Below are positions 22,647-30,763 of a stretch of DNA of 32,000 bases, piece by piece. Positions within the stretch are counted from its first letter, which is position 1. Each line of letters opens with the position of its first letter. The DNA is taken from NCBI RefSeq assembly GCF_000008565.1, contig NC_001263.1, forward strand, positions 174,694-206,693. The letters are read 5' to 3'. The position numbers and the translations under genes were made by a program. Below the pieces are notes generated by a model that saw only the letters and a list, made by a program, of their open reading frames with translations, did no database searches and was not told the origin of the DNA. Origin of the DNA: Deinococcus radiodurans R1 = ATCC 13939 = DSM 20539. Its GTDB lineage: Bacteria; Deinococcota; Deinococci; Deinococcales; Deinococcaceae.

Positions 22647-22997
22647 GTGAGCGCCGCGCCTCCTGCCGACCCCGCCGCCCAGATCACGGCCAGCTTTCAG
22701 AGCATGTTGCCCGACCTGGGGCTGGGCGGTCTGCTCGGCCTCGCCGCTGGGTACGCGGTCAGGGTGGTGGGCCGCGTCGCACTGCTGGTCGTCGGCCTCG
22801 CCTTTATCGTCGTGCAACTGCTCGCGCACTACGGCGTCGTCACGGTGGACTGGCTGCAACTCCAGACGCTCACCGAGCCGTGGTTGCGCGAGGGTCGCGA
22901 GAACTTCGGTGGCTGGTTTTCCCGGGTGTTTCTCGCCAACCTGCCCTTTGCCGGGGCGTTCGCGGCGGGCTTCGTGCTGGGACTGCGGCTGCGGTAG
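22647..22997 (+). CDS. FUN14-family small membrane protein
   Basis: 116 codons. It has Gly-zipper helices GLGGLLGLAAGYAVRVVGRVALLVVGLAFIVVQLL, then GVVTVDW, and a C-terminal hydrophobic helix. Confidence 0.65.
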   Translation: MSAAPPADPAAQITASFQSMLPDLGLGGLLGLAAGYAVRVVGRVALLVVGLAFIVVQLLAHYGVVTVDWLQLQTLTEPWLREGRENFGGWFSRVFLANLPFAGAFAAGFVLGLRLR

Positions 22998-23006
22998 AAG
23001 CAGGCC

Positions 23007-23036
23007 AAAAAAAAGGCCGAAGCGTGTAGCCTCGGC
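23007..23036 (-). terminator. intrinsic terminator (strong for the minus-strand peptidase gene, weaker bidirectional use for the FUN14 gene)
   Basis: The hairpin GCCGAAGC-GTGTA-GCCTCGGC (23016..23036) has 7 bp and one mismatch. Read on the minus strand it is followed by U8 (A-run 23007..23014 on +). It lies 21 nt downstream of the stop at 23058. Confidence 0.75.
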
Positions 23037-23057
23037 GTTCTTCTTGGATGTGATGTT

Positions 23058-23741
23058 TCAATCGTCGCTGCTGCGGGCAATCCCTAGCACGTTCATGAAC
23101 TGCGCGAGCGCCATCGCAAAGCCCGCCACGTAGGTCAGGGCCGCTGCGGTGAGCACCTTTTGCGCGCCCGCCTGCGCTTCACCGCCGCCGCTGATACCGC
23201 GCCCGTTGAGGTATTGCAGCGCCCGGCGGCTGGCGTCGAATTCCACCGGCAGGGTCACGAGGTGAAAGAGCAGCGCCCCGCCGAACAGAATCGCGCCGAG
23301 CCACAGCAGGCCGGTGCTGTGAACAAAGATGCCGATCATCAGCAGCAGGGGCGCGAAGTTCATGCCGAGGCTCAGCGGCACCGCCATCTGGCCGCGCAGC
23401 ACCAGCGCCGGCATCCGCACCTTGTCCTGCACCGCGTGCCCGACCTCGTGCGCCGCCACCGCCATCGCGCCGATGCTGGGCACGCCGTAGGTGGACTCGG
23501 AGAGCCGCACGACCTTTTGCTGCGGGTCGTAGTGGTCGGTGAGGTCGCCCGGCACCGCCTCTACCGGCACATTGTGCAGGCCGTTTTCGTCCAGCATCAT
23601 CCGGGCGACCTCGGCCCCGGTCAGGTTGCGCGGGTTGCGAATGTTGCCCCATTTTTTGTAAGTATTGCTCAGATACGCCTGAATCACCAGCGAGGCGACG
23701 AAGATCAGCAGAATCAGCGGGGTATACGGGCCAAAAAACAT
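23058..23741 (-). CDS. YugP-type putative neutral zinc metallopeptidase (Zn_peptidase_2), membrane protein
   Basis: The N-terminal TM segment is PLILLIFVASLVIQAYL. HExxH is present in AVAAHEVGHAVQD, and there are C-terminal TM helices. A strong SD, AGGAGG, lies 7 nt before the ATG. Confidence 0.85.
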   Translation of the reverse strand: MFFGPYTPLILLIFVASLVIQAYLSNTYKKWGNIRNPRNLTGAEVARMMLDENGLHNVPVEAVPGDLTDHYDPQQKVVRLSESTYGVPSIGAMAVAAHEVGHAVQDKVRMPALVLRGQMAVPLSLGMNFAPLLLMIGIFVHSTGLLWLGAILFGGALLFHLVTLPVEFDASRRALQYLNGRGISGGGEAQAGAQKVLTAAALTYVAGFAMALAQFMNVLGIARSSDD

Positions 23742-23819
23742 GGTCTTTCCTCCTGTTCAAATCTTAGCGTCCCCCACTCAAGTCCCATGAGAAAAATGCC
23801 CTCCCAGTTGACTCCGGGT

Positions 23820-24518
23820 TTACTTCGGCCAAGCCAGCGCCGGATGCGTAACGGCGGGCCAGCGGACCGGCAATTCGCGCTTCCCGAGCCGCGCCACCGG
23901 CACGACCCCGACTCCCGCACCGCAAATCCAGGCCCGCGTGACCTGCGGCAGTTCGGAAACGTGCACCGGCCGCTCCTCATGCGGGTGCCCGGCGAGCCAG
24001 AGCGCCCGCGTCGTTCCTGGTAGCCCGCCCGTCGGCACGACCAGCCGCCCGCCGAAGTCCAGCACCGGCGAGGTGCGCGAGCCGTCCACCACGTGTCCCG
24101 CCGCGTCGGTCAGCCAGCCTTCAAAGGCCTCCGCCGCCGTCGCCTGCGCCCCCGCCAATCGGTAGGGCAGATAATTCCCGGTCTTGTGCGCCGCGAGTTG
24201 CGGGTGTGTCTGCCAGTCGGTGAGGACGACCGCCACGCCGCCCAGGGGCCGGGGGCCGGTGTTCAGGGGCCGAAACTGGTGAAAGGTGCCCTCGTCGGTC
24301 ACGGTGACGCGCAGCAGGTGCGTGCCAGCGGGCAAGGCGGGCAGGTGCTCGTCCGGTGCAGGCAGCCCTAGAACCGCGCACGTTCCCGCCAGCCGCGCCC
24401 AATGCTCCGGCCACAGCAGCGCCGCGCCCTCCTGAAGACGCACGGTGGTGAAGGCGGAGAAGCCGTGGATGGTGGCTGGATGCTGGTTGAGAGAGGGGCG
24501 CAGGTCTTTTTCCATCAC
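23820..24518 (-). CDS. pabC: class IV aminotransferase-fold protein, probable 4-amino-4-deoxychorismate lyase
   Basis: The PLP-Lys context HKTGNYLPYRLAGAQA is present, as are EGWLTDAAGHVVDGSRTSPVL and VVPTGGLPGTTRA. The ATG overlaps the stop of the upstream pabBA-like gene (ATGA, 24515..24518). Confidence 0.7.
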   Translation of the reverse strand: MMEKDLRPSLNQHPATIHGFSAFTTVRLQEGAALLWPEHWARLAGTCAVLGLPAPDEHLPALPAGTHLLRVTVTDEGTFHQFRPLNTGPRPLGGVAVVLTDWQTHPQLAAHKTGNYLPYRLAGAQATAAEAFEGWLTDAAGHVVDGSRTSPVLDFGGRLVVPTGGLPGTTRALWLAGHPHEERPVHVSELPQVTRAWICGAGVGVVPVARLGKRELPVRWPAVTHPALAWPK

Positions 24519-26431
24519 CCCTCACCCCTCAGCGCAGCGGACCCAGCAACAGCCCGCAGCCAGTTGCCGAGCAGCACCCGTCCCGCCGGGCTCAGCACGC
24601 TTTCGGGATGAAACTGCACGCCCCAGGCGGGTTTTCCAGGCACCGCCAGCGCCATAATCTCGCCCCCTTCACTGCGGGCCGTCACCAGTTCGTCGGGTAG
24701 CCCGCGCACGACGAGCGAGTGGTAGCGCCCGAAGGCCGCGCCGTTTTCAATCCCGGCAAACAGCCCCGCGCCGCCGTGCTGCACGCGCTCGGGCCGCCCA
24801 TGCACCGGCTCGGCGCGTTCAACGCGGCCACCCAGCACTTCCCCCAGCGCTTGATGCCCCAGGCACACGCCCAGCAGCGGCACGCCGCGCTCCAGGCACC
24901 GCCGGGTCAAGGCGAGTGTGCAGCCGCTCGTCTGCGGAGTGCCGGGGCCGGGACCGACGAGCACGGCGTCGGGGCGGCTCGCCAGCAGCGTTTCTGCGTC
25001 CTCGTCCTGGCTCCGCACATCCACCATCGCCCCCAGCGCGAGCAAGTCGTGGGCGAGGTTCCAGGTAAACGAGTCGCGGTTGTCGAGCACCAGCACCCGC
25101 AGCGGCGTCTGTGCCTGCTTGGGCACGGGTGGTGGCGTCCAAGGCCGACCCGGCACCGGGGGCTGCCCCGCCTGCGCCGGTCTGCCGGGCACCCCCGCCA
25201 GCACGCTGAGGAGGGCCTGCGCCTTGTGGACCGTTTCGCGGGCCTCGCGGGCCGGGTCGGCGTCGATGACGGTGCCGCCGCCCGCACGGACGGTGACGGT
25301 CCAGCGGGGAGGCGTTGCTGGCGAACCTGCCGCCGTATCCAGCACAAATTCCGCCGTCCGAATCAGAATATTTACGTCCACCCGTCGCCCGCTCACCAGC
25401 CCTGCGCCGCCGGTGTACCAGCCGCGCGGCCCCGGTTCCAGCGCGGCAATCGCGTCCATCACGCGGGCTTTGGGGGCGCCGGTAATCGTGCCGCCGGGGA
25501 AAGTGGCGGCGAGCAGGTCTGGCAGCGTCAGGCCCGCGCGGGCGGTGGCCGTGACCTCCGAAACGAGGTGCATGACGTGGCTGTAGCGCTCCACCAGCAT
25601 CAGGTCGGGCACGCTCACTGTGCCGGGGGCTGCTACCGCGCCCAGGTCGTGGCGCACGAGGTCCACCAGCATGGTGTGCTCGGCCACTTCTTTGGGGCTG
25701 GCGCGCAGCTCGGCTTCGAAGGCGGCGTCTTCCTCCGGCGTGTCGCCGCGCCGCCGCGTGCCGGCAATCGGGCGGGCGCTGATGCCGCCGCCTTCCGACA
25801 CGGCCCAGTCCACCAGCCGCTCGGGGCTGCACGACACGACGACTTCGTTGCCCATGTCCAGAAAGGCCATGAACGGACTCGGATTCACCTCGCGCAGCCG
25901 CAGGTACGCCGCCAGCGGGTCGCCCTGCGCCGGGGCCGACACGCCGCGCGACAGGTTGACCTGATACACCTCGCCCGCCCGAATCAGCTCCTGCACGGCC
26001 CGTACGCCCGCCGGATAGTCCACGTCGTCCGCGCCGAAGTCGCCCACCGTCAAGCTCGGCAGGGGCGCGGGGTCGCTCGCCAGCAGCGCCGCCCAGTCCA
26101 GATGCGGCTCGCCCACGACGCTCAGGGTGCCGGCCTCCCGGTCCCACACCAGCCCGGACGGGTAAAAACCCCACCACTGCGCCGGGCCGCTCGCCGGGTG
26201 CGCCGCCAGACCGAACTCGCGGGCCGCCTCATACTTCAGGCCGCCGAGCCAGGCGGGAAAAAAGGCGTCGGGGGCAGGAAGTTCGGGGAGGGTGTGCTGC
26301 ACGCAGGTCGGCGCGGCGCTCAGGAAGGTGAAACGGGCGTAGGGCAGCACCGGCCCCAGCGATTCGAGCAGGGCGATGCCGGGCAGGCCAGCGGCGCGGA
26401 GGCGGAGGAGGGCGTCGGCGGGGGAGAGCAC
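24515..26431 (-). CDS. pabB: fused aminodeoxychorismate (or anthranilate) synthase: chorismate-binding component I plus class-I glutamine amidotransferase
   Basis: The N-terminal domain carries PFMAFLDMGNEVVVSCSPERLV and GGTITGAPKARVMDAIAALEPGPRGWYTGGAGL. The C-terminal GATase carries LVLDNRDSFTWNLAHDL, GVCLGHQALG and VQFHPESV. Coupling to a PabC-like gene favours PABA synthesis. Confidence 0.85.
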   Translation of the reverse strand: MLSPADALLRLRAAGLPGIALLESLGPVLPYARFTFLSAAPTCVQHTLPELPAPDAFFPAWLGGLKYEAAREFGLAAHPASGPAQWWGFYPSGLVWDREAGTLSVVGEPHLDWAALLASDPAPLPSLTVGDFGADDVDYPAGVRAVQELIRAGEVYQVNLSRGVSAPAQGDPLAAYLRLREVNPSPFMAFLDMGNEVVVSCSPERLVDWAVSEGGGISARPIAGTRRRGDTPEEDAAFEAELRASPKEVAEHTMLVDLVRHDLGAVAAPGTVSVPDLMLVERYSHVMHLVSEVTATARAGLTLPDLLAATFPGGTITGAPKARVMDAIAALEPGPRGWYTGGAGLVSGRRVDVNILIRTAEFVLDTAAGSPATPPRWTVTVRAGGGTVIDADPAREARETVHKAQALLSVLAGVPGRPAQAGQPPVPGRPWTPPPVPKQAQTPLRVLVLDNRDSFTWNLAHDLLALGAMVDVRSQDEDAETLLASRPDAVLVGPGPGTPQTSGCTLALTRRCLERGVPLLGVCLGHQALGEVLGGRVERAEPVHGRPERVQHGGAGLFAGIENGAAFGRYHSLVVRGLPDELVTARSEGGEIMALAVPGKPAWGVQFHPESVLSPAGRVLLGNWLRAVAGSAALRGEG

Positions 26432-26500
26432 GGGGAAAAGGGTAAAGGGTGGGAGGGGGGCGTGGGGGCTATGGCTTTAGCTTTTGGCCCCAACCCCAAA

Positions 26501-26525
26501 CCCCTATCCCCACAGGGGACAGGGG
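26501..26525. repeat. GC hairpin module related to the small repeat family (copy E, degenerate)
   Basis: CCCCTATCCCC-ACA-GGGGACAGGGG: an 11-bp stem with one mismatch. It is followed by CTTTGAC and GTGCAAATGG, which resemble the TTTGACCC and GTCAAATGCTC modules of copy C. Confidence 0.5.
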
Positions 26526-26705
26526 CTTTGACGCTGGCGCTGTGCAAATGGTGATGATTTCGCTTGGCAGGCGATGTTCTTCAAGTGCGCGGGCTGGTGT
26601 AGATGCTCGTGATTTCTATGGACGCGAGGCCCGTGCGCTTACAGCGCCCGACGGCCCTGGCATTCTGCGTTTCGCGATTTTCTGGGGGGAGTGGAAACCG
26701 CAGCC

Positions 26706-26770
26706 AAAGCATTTTTCGTCCCTCTCCCCTTGCGGGAGAGGGCCTTGCCGTAGGCAAGGGGTGAGGGGGC
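26706..26770. repeat. small non-coding repeat, copy D
   Basis: It starts AAAGCATTT. Hairpins are CCCTCTCCC-CTTGC-GGGAGAGGG (26720..26742, perfect 9 bp) and CCTTGC-CGTAG-GCAAGG (26743..26759). It ends GGGTGAGGGGGC. Confidence 0.75.
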
Positions 26771-26810
26771 ATCCAGACCCGCGCCAACGGAATCTCACCC
26801 CGTCACCCCC

Positions 26811-27422
26811 CTAAACCCCACTCCCCAGCCGCCTCTCCAACCCCGCCTTCACCCCTTCCCACTCGTCCGCCAACACGCTGAAAATCACCGAGTCGCGGGC
26901 GTAGCCGTCGGGCCGGACCTGGTACTGGCGCAGCGTGCCCTCGCGCACCGCCCCTAGCTTGTCCAGCGCGCGCAGGCTACGGGCGTTGCGGCTGTCCACC
27001 TTGAACTGCACGCGGCCCGCGCCCAGCACCTCGAAGGCGCGGGCGAGCAGCAGCAGCTTGGATTCGGGGTTGGCGAAGGTGCCGCGCCCGGCGGGCAGCA
27101 GCATGGTGCCGATTTCCAGCCAGCGGTCGTCGGGCCGGGCCTCGCTGTAGCTGATGCGGCCCAGCACCGTTTCGTCCGGCCCCAGCACCGCCCAGTTCAC
27201 GCGGTGGGGCAGGCTGTTGAGCCGCTCGATGTGCGCGGCCCACTCTTCCGGCGTGTTCGTCTGCGGACCGCCGCGGGCCAGAAATTCGACCGTCTGCGCG
27301 TCGGCTCCGGCGCACATTCCGGCGGCGTGGACGGCACTCAGCGGCACGAGGGCAACGAAACGGCCCCGCATCTCTACGGGGCGCGTCCAGTCTTCGGCGG
27401 GGGCAGGGTGTGAGGGCAGCAT
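26811..27422 (-). CDS. GNAT family N-acetyltransferase (RimJ/RimL-like)
   Basis: Motifs present: RGRFVALVPLS, WLEIGTMLLPAGRGTFANPESKLLLLARAFEVLGAGRVQFKVDSRNARSLRALDKLGAVREGTLR, and YARDSVIFSVLADEW. Confidence 0.85.
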   Translation of the reverse strand: MLPSHPAPAEDWTRPVEMRGRFVALVPLSAVHAAGMCAGADAQTVEFLARGGPQTNTPEEWAAHIERLNSLPHRVNWAVLGPDETVLGRISYSEARPDDRWLEIGTMLLPAGRGTFANPESKLLLLARAFEVLGAGRVQFKVDSRNARSLRALDKLGAVREGTLRQYQVRPDGYARDSVIFSVLADEWEGVKAGLERRLGSGV

Positions 27423-27439
27423 GGCTCAGGCTACCGCCG

Positions 27440-28102
27440 TTAGCGGGATGCGGGCACCGCTGCTCCGTCGGCGCCGTCTTCGTCACCGGGACGTTGCGGC
27501 GGCTGGGGCTTGCTCACGGTCTGGCGGCCTGTGAGCGCACGGCCCAGCGTCACCTCGTCGGTGTATTCCAGCGAGCCGCCCACCGGCACCCCGTAGGCGA
27601 TGCGGCTGATGGCGGCGCCGAGCGGTTCGAGCAGCCGCTGAAGGTAGAGCGCGGTGGCGTCGCCCTCCACCGTTGTGCCAGTCGCCAGAATCACTTCCAT
27701 GCCTTGCCCCACGCGGGGCAGCAGCGGCTTGATGTGCAGCTTGTCGGGGCCGACGCCGTTCATCGGGCTCAGAACGCCGTGCAGGACGTGGTAGAGCCCC
27801 CGGTACTCGCCGCTGCGCTCCAGCGCAATCACGTCGCCGGGTTCTTCCACCACGCAGATGGTGCGCTGGTCGCGGCTGGGGTCGGCGCACACGTCGCACT
27901 TCTCGGCGTCGGTGATGTTGAAACAAATCGGGCAGACGTGCAGGTCGCGCTTGGCTTCGAGCAGGGCGGAGGCGAGGCGCTCGATGTCCTCACGCGGCTG
28001 CTCGAACAGGTGAAAGGCGAGTCGCTGCGCGCTCTTGGGGCCGATGCCCGGCAAGCGTGACAGCTCGCGGATGAGGGACACGAGGGAAGGCGGATATTTC
28101 AT
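27440..28102 (-). CDS. recR: recombination mediator protein RecR
   Basis: The HhH motif is LIRELSRLPGIGPKSAQRLAFHL. The Cys4 zinc finger is CPICFNITDAEKCDVC, and the Toprim region is ICVVEEPGDVIALERSGEYRGLYHVLHG. GGAGG lies 6 nt before the ATG. Confidence 0.97.
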   Translation of the reverse strand: MKYPPSLVSLIRELSRLPGIGPKSAQRLAFHLFEQPREDIERLASALLEAKRDLHVCPICFNITDAEKCDVCADPSRDQRTICVVEEPGDVIALERSGEYRGLYHVLHGVLSPMNGVGPDKLHIKPLLPRVGQGMEVILATGTTVEGDATALYLQRLLEPLGAAISRIAYGVPVGGSLEYTDEVTLGRALTGRQTVSKPQPPQRPGDEDGADGAAVPASR

Positions 28103-28125
28103 TTTGCGCCTCCGGCACGTCTAAA

Positions 28126-28175
28126 AGTCTGAGGGTCTAAGAGTCCAAGAGAGGGAGCCCTTAGACCCTCAGACT
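28126..28175. repeat. perfect 16-bp inverted repeat in the ybaB-recR spacer
   Basis: AGTCTGAGGGTCTAAG (28126..28141) and CTTAGACCCTCAGACT (28160..28175) are separated by an 18-nt loop. A third copy of the 11-mer GACCCTCAGAC lies at 28180..28190, and GTCTAA is duplicated at 28119..28124. Confidence 0.85.
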
Positions 28176-28214
28176 GTTTGACCCTCAGACGACCAAGCGC
28201 CAGCGCGGTCACAC

Positions 28215-28505
28215 TCAAAAGCCGGGCAGTCCCAGGCCCGCCGTCGCTTCGCGCTGCAAGCCCTCGGCCTTCTCGGCGGCGTCGTTGATGGCGGCCAGAA
28301 TCAGGTCTTCCAGAGCTTCCACGTCGTCGCCGTCCACCGCTTCGGGCTTGATTTTCAGGCTGGTCACCTTGCCGTGCCCGTTCATCTGCACCGTCACCAG
28401 GCCGCTCGCGGTGCCTTCCACCGACTGCGCCGCCAGTTCGTCCTGAATCTTGCCAGCCGCGACCTGCGCCTGCTGCATCTGCTTCATCAACTTCTTCATG
28501 TCCAT
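28215..28505 (-). CDS. ybaB: nucleoid-associated protein YbaB/EbfC
   Basis: 96 codons, with MKKLMKQMQQAQVAAGKIQDEL, GLVTVQMNGHGKVTSLKIKPEAVD and LEDLILAAINDA. Confidence 0.93.
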   Translation of the reverse strand: MDMKKLMKQMQQAQVAAGKIQDELAAQSVEGTASGLVTVQMNGHGKVTSLKIKPEAVDGDDVEALEDLILAAINDAAEKAEGLQREATAGLGLPGF

Positions 28506-28684
28506 GACCGTCAGTCTAGCGGCTGGCCTCTCACGGCGGCATGACCCGGACCACCGTTGGAGGACAAGCCGCTACGCCGCCACTTTGTGCCAGCAGAGGA
28601 AGACAAAACTGGCAAACGCAACGGCGAGTAACCTTATGAATGCCGTTTGCTCACTTTGACCTGTCAAATGTTAGGCTGAGGACG

Positions 28685-29152
28685 ATGAAATCTCCGGCCT
28701 ACCGTCTGGACGCGCTTGACGAGCGGATTTTGCAGGAATTGCAGCAGGACTCGCGCCTGAGTATGCGCGAACTCGGGCGGCGCATCGGGCTTTCGGCGCC
28801 CGCCGTGACCGAGCGGGTGCGGCGCCTGGAGGAAGCGGGCGTGGTGCTGGGCTACGGCGTGCGCGTGGCCGCCAAACCGCTGGGGCGCGCCATCAGCGCC
28901 TTTATCGGCGTGAAGGACTCGGGCCGCAATGACCCGGCGCTCGTCCGCTGGGCCAGGGAGCGCGACGGCGTGCTGGAATGCCACTCGGTGACCGGCGACA
29001 ACTCCTGCATGCTCAAGGTTGCCGTGGCGGACGTGGCCGAACTGGAAGTGCTGCTCGGAGAACTGATTGACCTGGGCTTTACCTGCGACACGTCCATCGT
29101 GCTCAGCACGCCTCTGGAAGGGAAGCTGCTGCTGCCTCCGCAGGAAGATTGA
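28685..29152 (+). CDS. Lrp/AsnC family transcriptional regulator
   Basis: From ATG 28685 the product reads MKSPAYRLDALDERILQELQQDSRLSMRELGRRIGLSAPAVTERVRRLEEAGVV (HTH), followed by the RAM/ACT-like C-terminal domain. The track ORF start at 28640 adds 15 non-family residues. Confidence 0.88.
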   Translation: MKSPAYRLDALDERILQELQQDSRLSMRELGRRIGLSAPAVTERVRRLEEAGVVLGYGVRVAAKPLGRAISAFIGVKDSGRNDPALVRWARERDGVLECHSVTGDNSCMLKVAVADVAELEVLLGELIDLGFTCDTSIVLSTPLEGKLLLPPQED

Positions 29153-29213
29153 CGGCAAAGAGCGGCGGGCCGAGAGTTCGTCCTCTCCGCCCGCTGCTGC
29201 TGCTCTCCGGTGT

Positions 29214-30032
29214 TTAGCGGCGTCCGCCAAACATCCCAATAAGGTCGTTCAGCGCGTTGCCGTCACCGTCGCGGTCCAGCGTGCGGTTGAGGGTGCCGAG
29301 CAGGTCGCCCTGACCGCCCATTTGAGCTTGGCCCATCTGTGCCTGACCCATCTGGGGCTGCTGCGCTGCGTTGCCCGCCGGAAAGCCGGGGAACATCTGG
29401 CCGCCGCCCATGCCGGTGTTCTGGTTCTGAGACTGCGGCATCTGTGCTTGCGCCTGACCCCCGCCGAGCATCCCGCCCAGCACACTGCCGAGGCCGCCCG
29501 CCGCGCCGCCACCGAGCAGCCCGCCGAGGATGGAGCCGAGGCCCCCGCCCAGACCGCCGCCCATGCCACCAGGAAGGCTCATGCCGCCGCCCGACTGTCC
29601 GCCCATGTTGCCGCCCATCTGCCCACCCTGGGCACGGGAGCGGTTGCTGAGGTAGCTCAGAATCAGGGGCGCGACCATCATCAGAATCTGCATCGCCATC
29701 TGGGGGTCAATGCCCGCCCGCTGGCCGATGGCGTTGGCCGCCGCCTGCTGCTGCCCGCCGAACACGTGGCCCAGGATTTTCTGGCCCTCGTTCATGTCGG
29801 GTGTCTGCCCCTGCTGAAAGCCGAGCATGGCGCTGTCGTCGTGCTGGCCGACCGCCGACGCGAGCGCGTCCAGGCCGCCGGGCTGGGTCGCGTTGCGGGT
29901 CATCGCGCCGAGCAGCAGCGGCACAGCCGCTTCCAGCGCCGCTTCGGTCTGCTGGGGGGTGGTGCCGAGTTGGTTGCCGACCGTCTGCTGTGCCTGACCC
30001 ATGCCGCCGAGCATGTTGAAAATGTCCATCAT
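29214..30032 (-). CDS. DUF937-like protein with a long Gly/Gln/Met low-complexity region and a C-terminal DxDxDG motif
   Basis: The N-terminal part reads MMDIFNMLGGMG...LEAAVPLLLGAMTRN...ILGHVFGG. A hydrophobic segment MMVAPLILSYL follows, then about 110 residues of GGxMGG/QAQMG repeats. The C-terminus is LDRDGDGNALNDLIGMFGG. AGGAGG lies 8 nt before the ATG. Confidence 0.7.
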   Translation of the reverse strand: MMDIFNMLGGMGQAQQTVGNQLGTTPQQTEAALEAAVPLLLGAMTRNATQPGGLDALASAVGQHDDSAMLGFQQGQTPDMNEGQKILGHVFGGQQQAAANAIGQRAGIDPQMAMQILMMVAPLILSYLSNRSRAQGGQMGGNMGGQSGGGMSLPGGMGGGLGGGLGSILGGLLGGGAAGGLGSVLGGMLGGGQAQAQMPQSQNQNTGMGGGQMFPGFPAGNAAQQPQMGQAQMGQAQMGGQGDLLGTLNRTLDRDGDGNALNDLIGMFGGRR

Positions 30033-30119
30033 GGTGGGTGTCCTCCTGAGATGAAGTGAAATCGGCTCAGCGTAGGGTGAGGGCGTGAAGGTGGGGGCAG
30101 AGCCGGGTTGCGCGTTCGT

Positions 30120-30656
30120 TTAGGCGGTGGGGTGCCCCCTGCCGACTGCCGCTAGAAACCGCCGTGCCTCCCCTGGCGAACGCAGGCGCACCAGGCGCAA
30201 GTGAGGAAATTCGGCGGCGAGGGCGGGAGTCTCCTGCCTTCTCCGCCAGTGGGTTTTCCAGAACCAGCGTAAGGGGCCTTCGGGGTCTAGAAGCGCCCCG
30301 CGCCATGTTTCGCGGTTGCCGTTCCAGAGTTCCTGCTGCGTCAGCACTCGCCATAGAGTTCGGCGGACGAGACGCGAATACACCAACCACGCAGGAAAAT
30401 CCAGCCAGATGAGCGTGTCCGCCCGCGCCCAGCCGAGGTCGCGGGCCTTGCCATAGTTCCCGTCCATGACCCAAGCGGGCTGGGACGTGAAGGTATCCAC
30501 CCGGGCGCGGAAGCGGCCCAGCGGGGCCATCTGCCAGTTCGCTTCGTGGTTCCAGGCGTCCTGCTCGCCGTGGGGCAGGCCGAGCCGCTGCGCCAGTGCA
30601 CGGGCAAACGTCGTTTTGCCGCTGCCGGTGGTTCCGATGACGATGATGCGGAGCAT
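30120..30656 (-). CDS. P-loop NTPase, adenylate-kinase-like / topology-modulation (FlaR-like) family
   Basis: Walker A is present in RIIVIGTTGSGKTTFARALA. The small (178 codons) kinase-like layout has WVMDGNY and LIWLDFP segments. Confidence 0.7.
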   Translation of the reverse strand: MLRIIVIGTTGSGKTTFARALAQRLGLPHGEQDAWNHEANWQMAPLGRFRARVDTFTSQPAWVMDGNYGKARDLGWARADTLIWLDFPAWLVYSRLVRRTLWRVLTQQELWNGNRETWRGALLDPEGPLRWFWKTHWRRRQETPALAAEFPHLRLVRLRSPGEARRFLAAVGRGHPTA

Positions 30657-30763
30657 GGGCAGAGTTCAGCACGGACGCCCCCCGCGCCCATGAGCCATCT
30701 GGCCGATGCGCCCGCGCTCCGGCCCTGCCTATCCTTCACGTTCCACAGTTCGGCACAACTGGG

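Noticed and set aside
23742-23819. Looked for a palindromic stress-response operator (radiation/desiccation-response-type 17-bp palindrome) upstream of the YugP-type peptidase, and likewise upstream of recR/ybaB and xseA.
   Set aside because: No TTnnG...CnnAA-type palindrome was seen in these spacers. Only an ordinary SD and a TAAGAT -10-like box precede the peptidase gene.
26449-26814. 121-codon ORF across the pabBA-GNAT gap.
   Set aside because: It reads straight through two repeat copies. Third-position G+C in the non-repeat core is only about 55 percent, versus far higher in real genes here, and there is no SD or motif. It is kept only as a possible gene remnant in the findings.
28506-28684. 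Possible SRP/4.5S or other small RNA in the ybaB-lrp divergent spacer, since ffs often neighbours ybaB-recR in other bacteria.
   Set aside because: No GGAA/AGCA domain-IV motif is present on either strand. The local stems (AGCGGC/GCCGCT, TGCCAG/CTGGCA) are short. The region is better explained as two divergent leaderless promoters.
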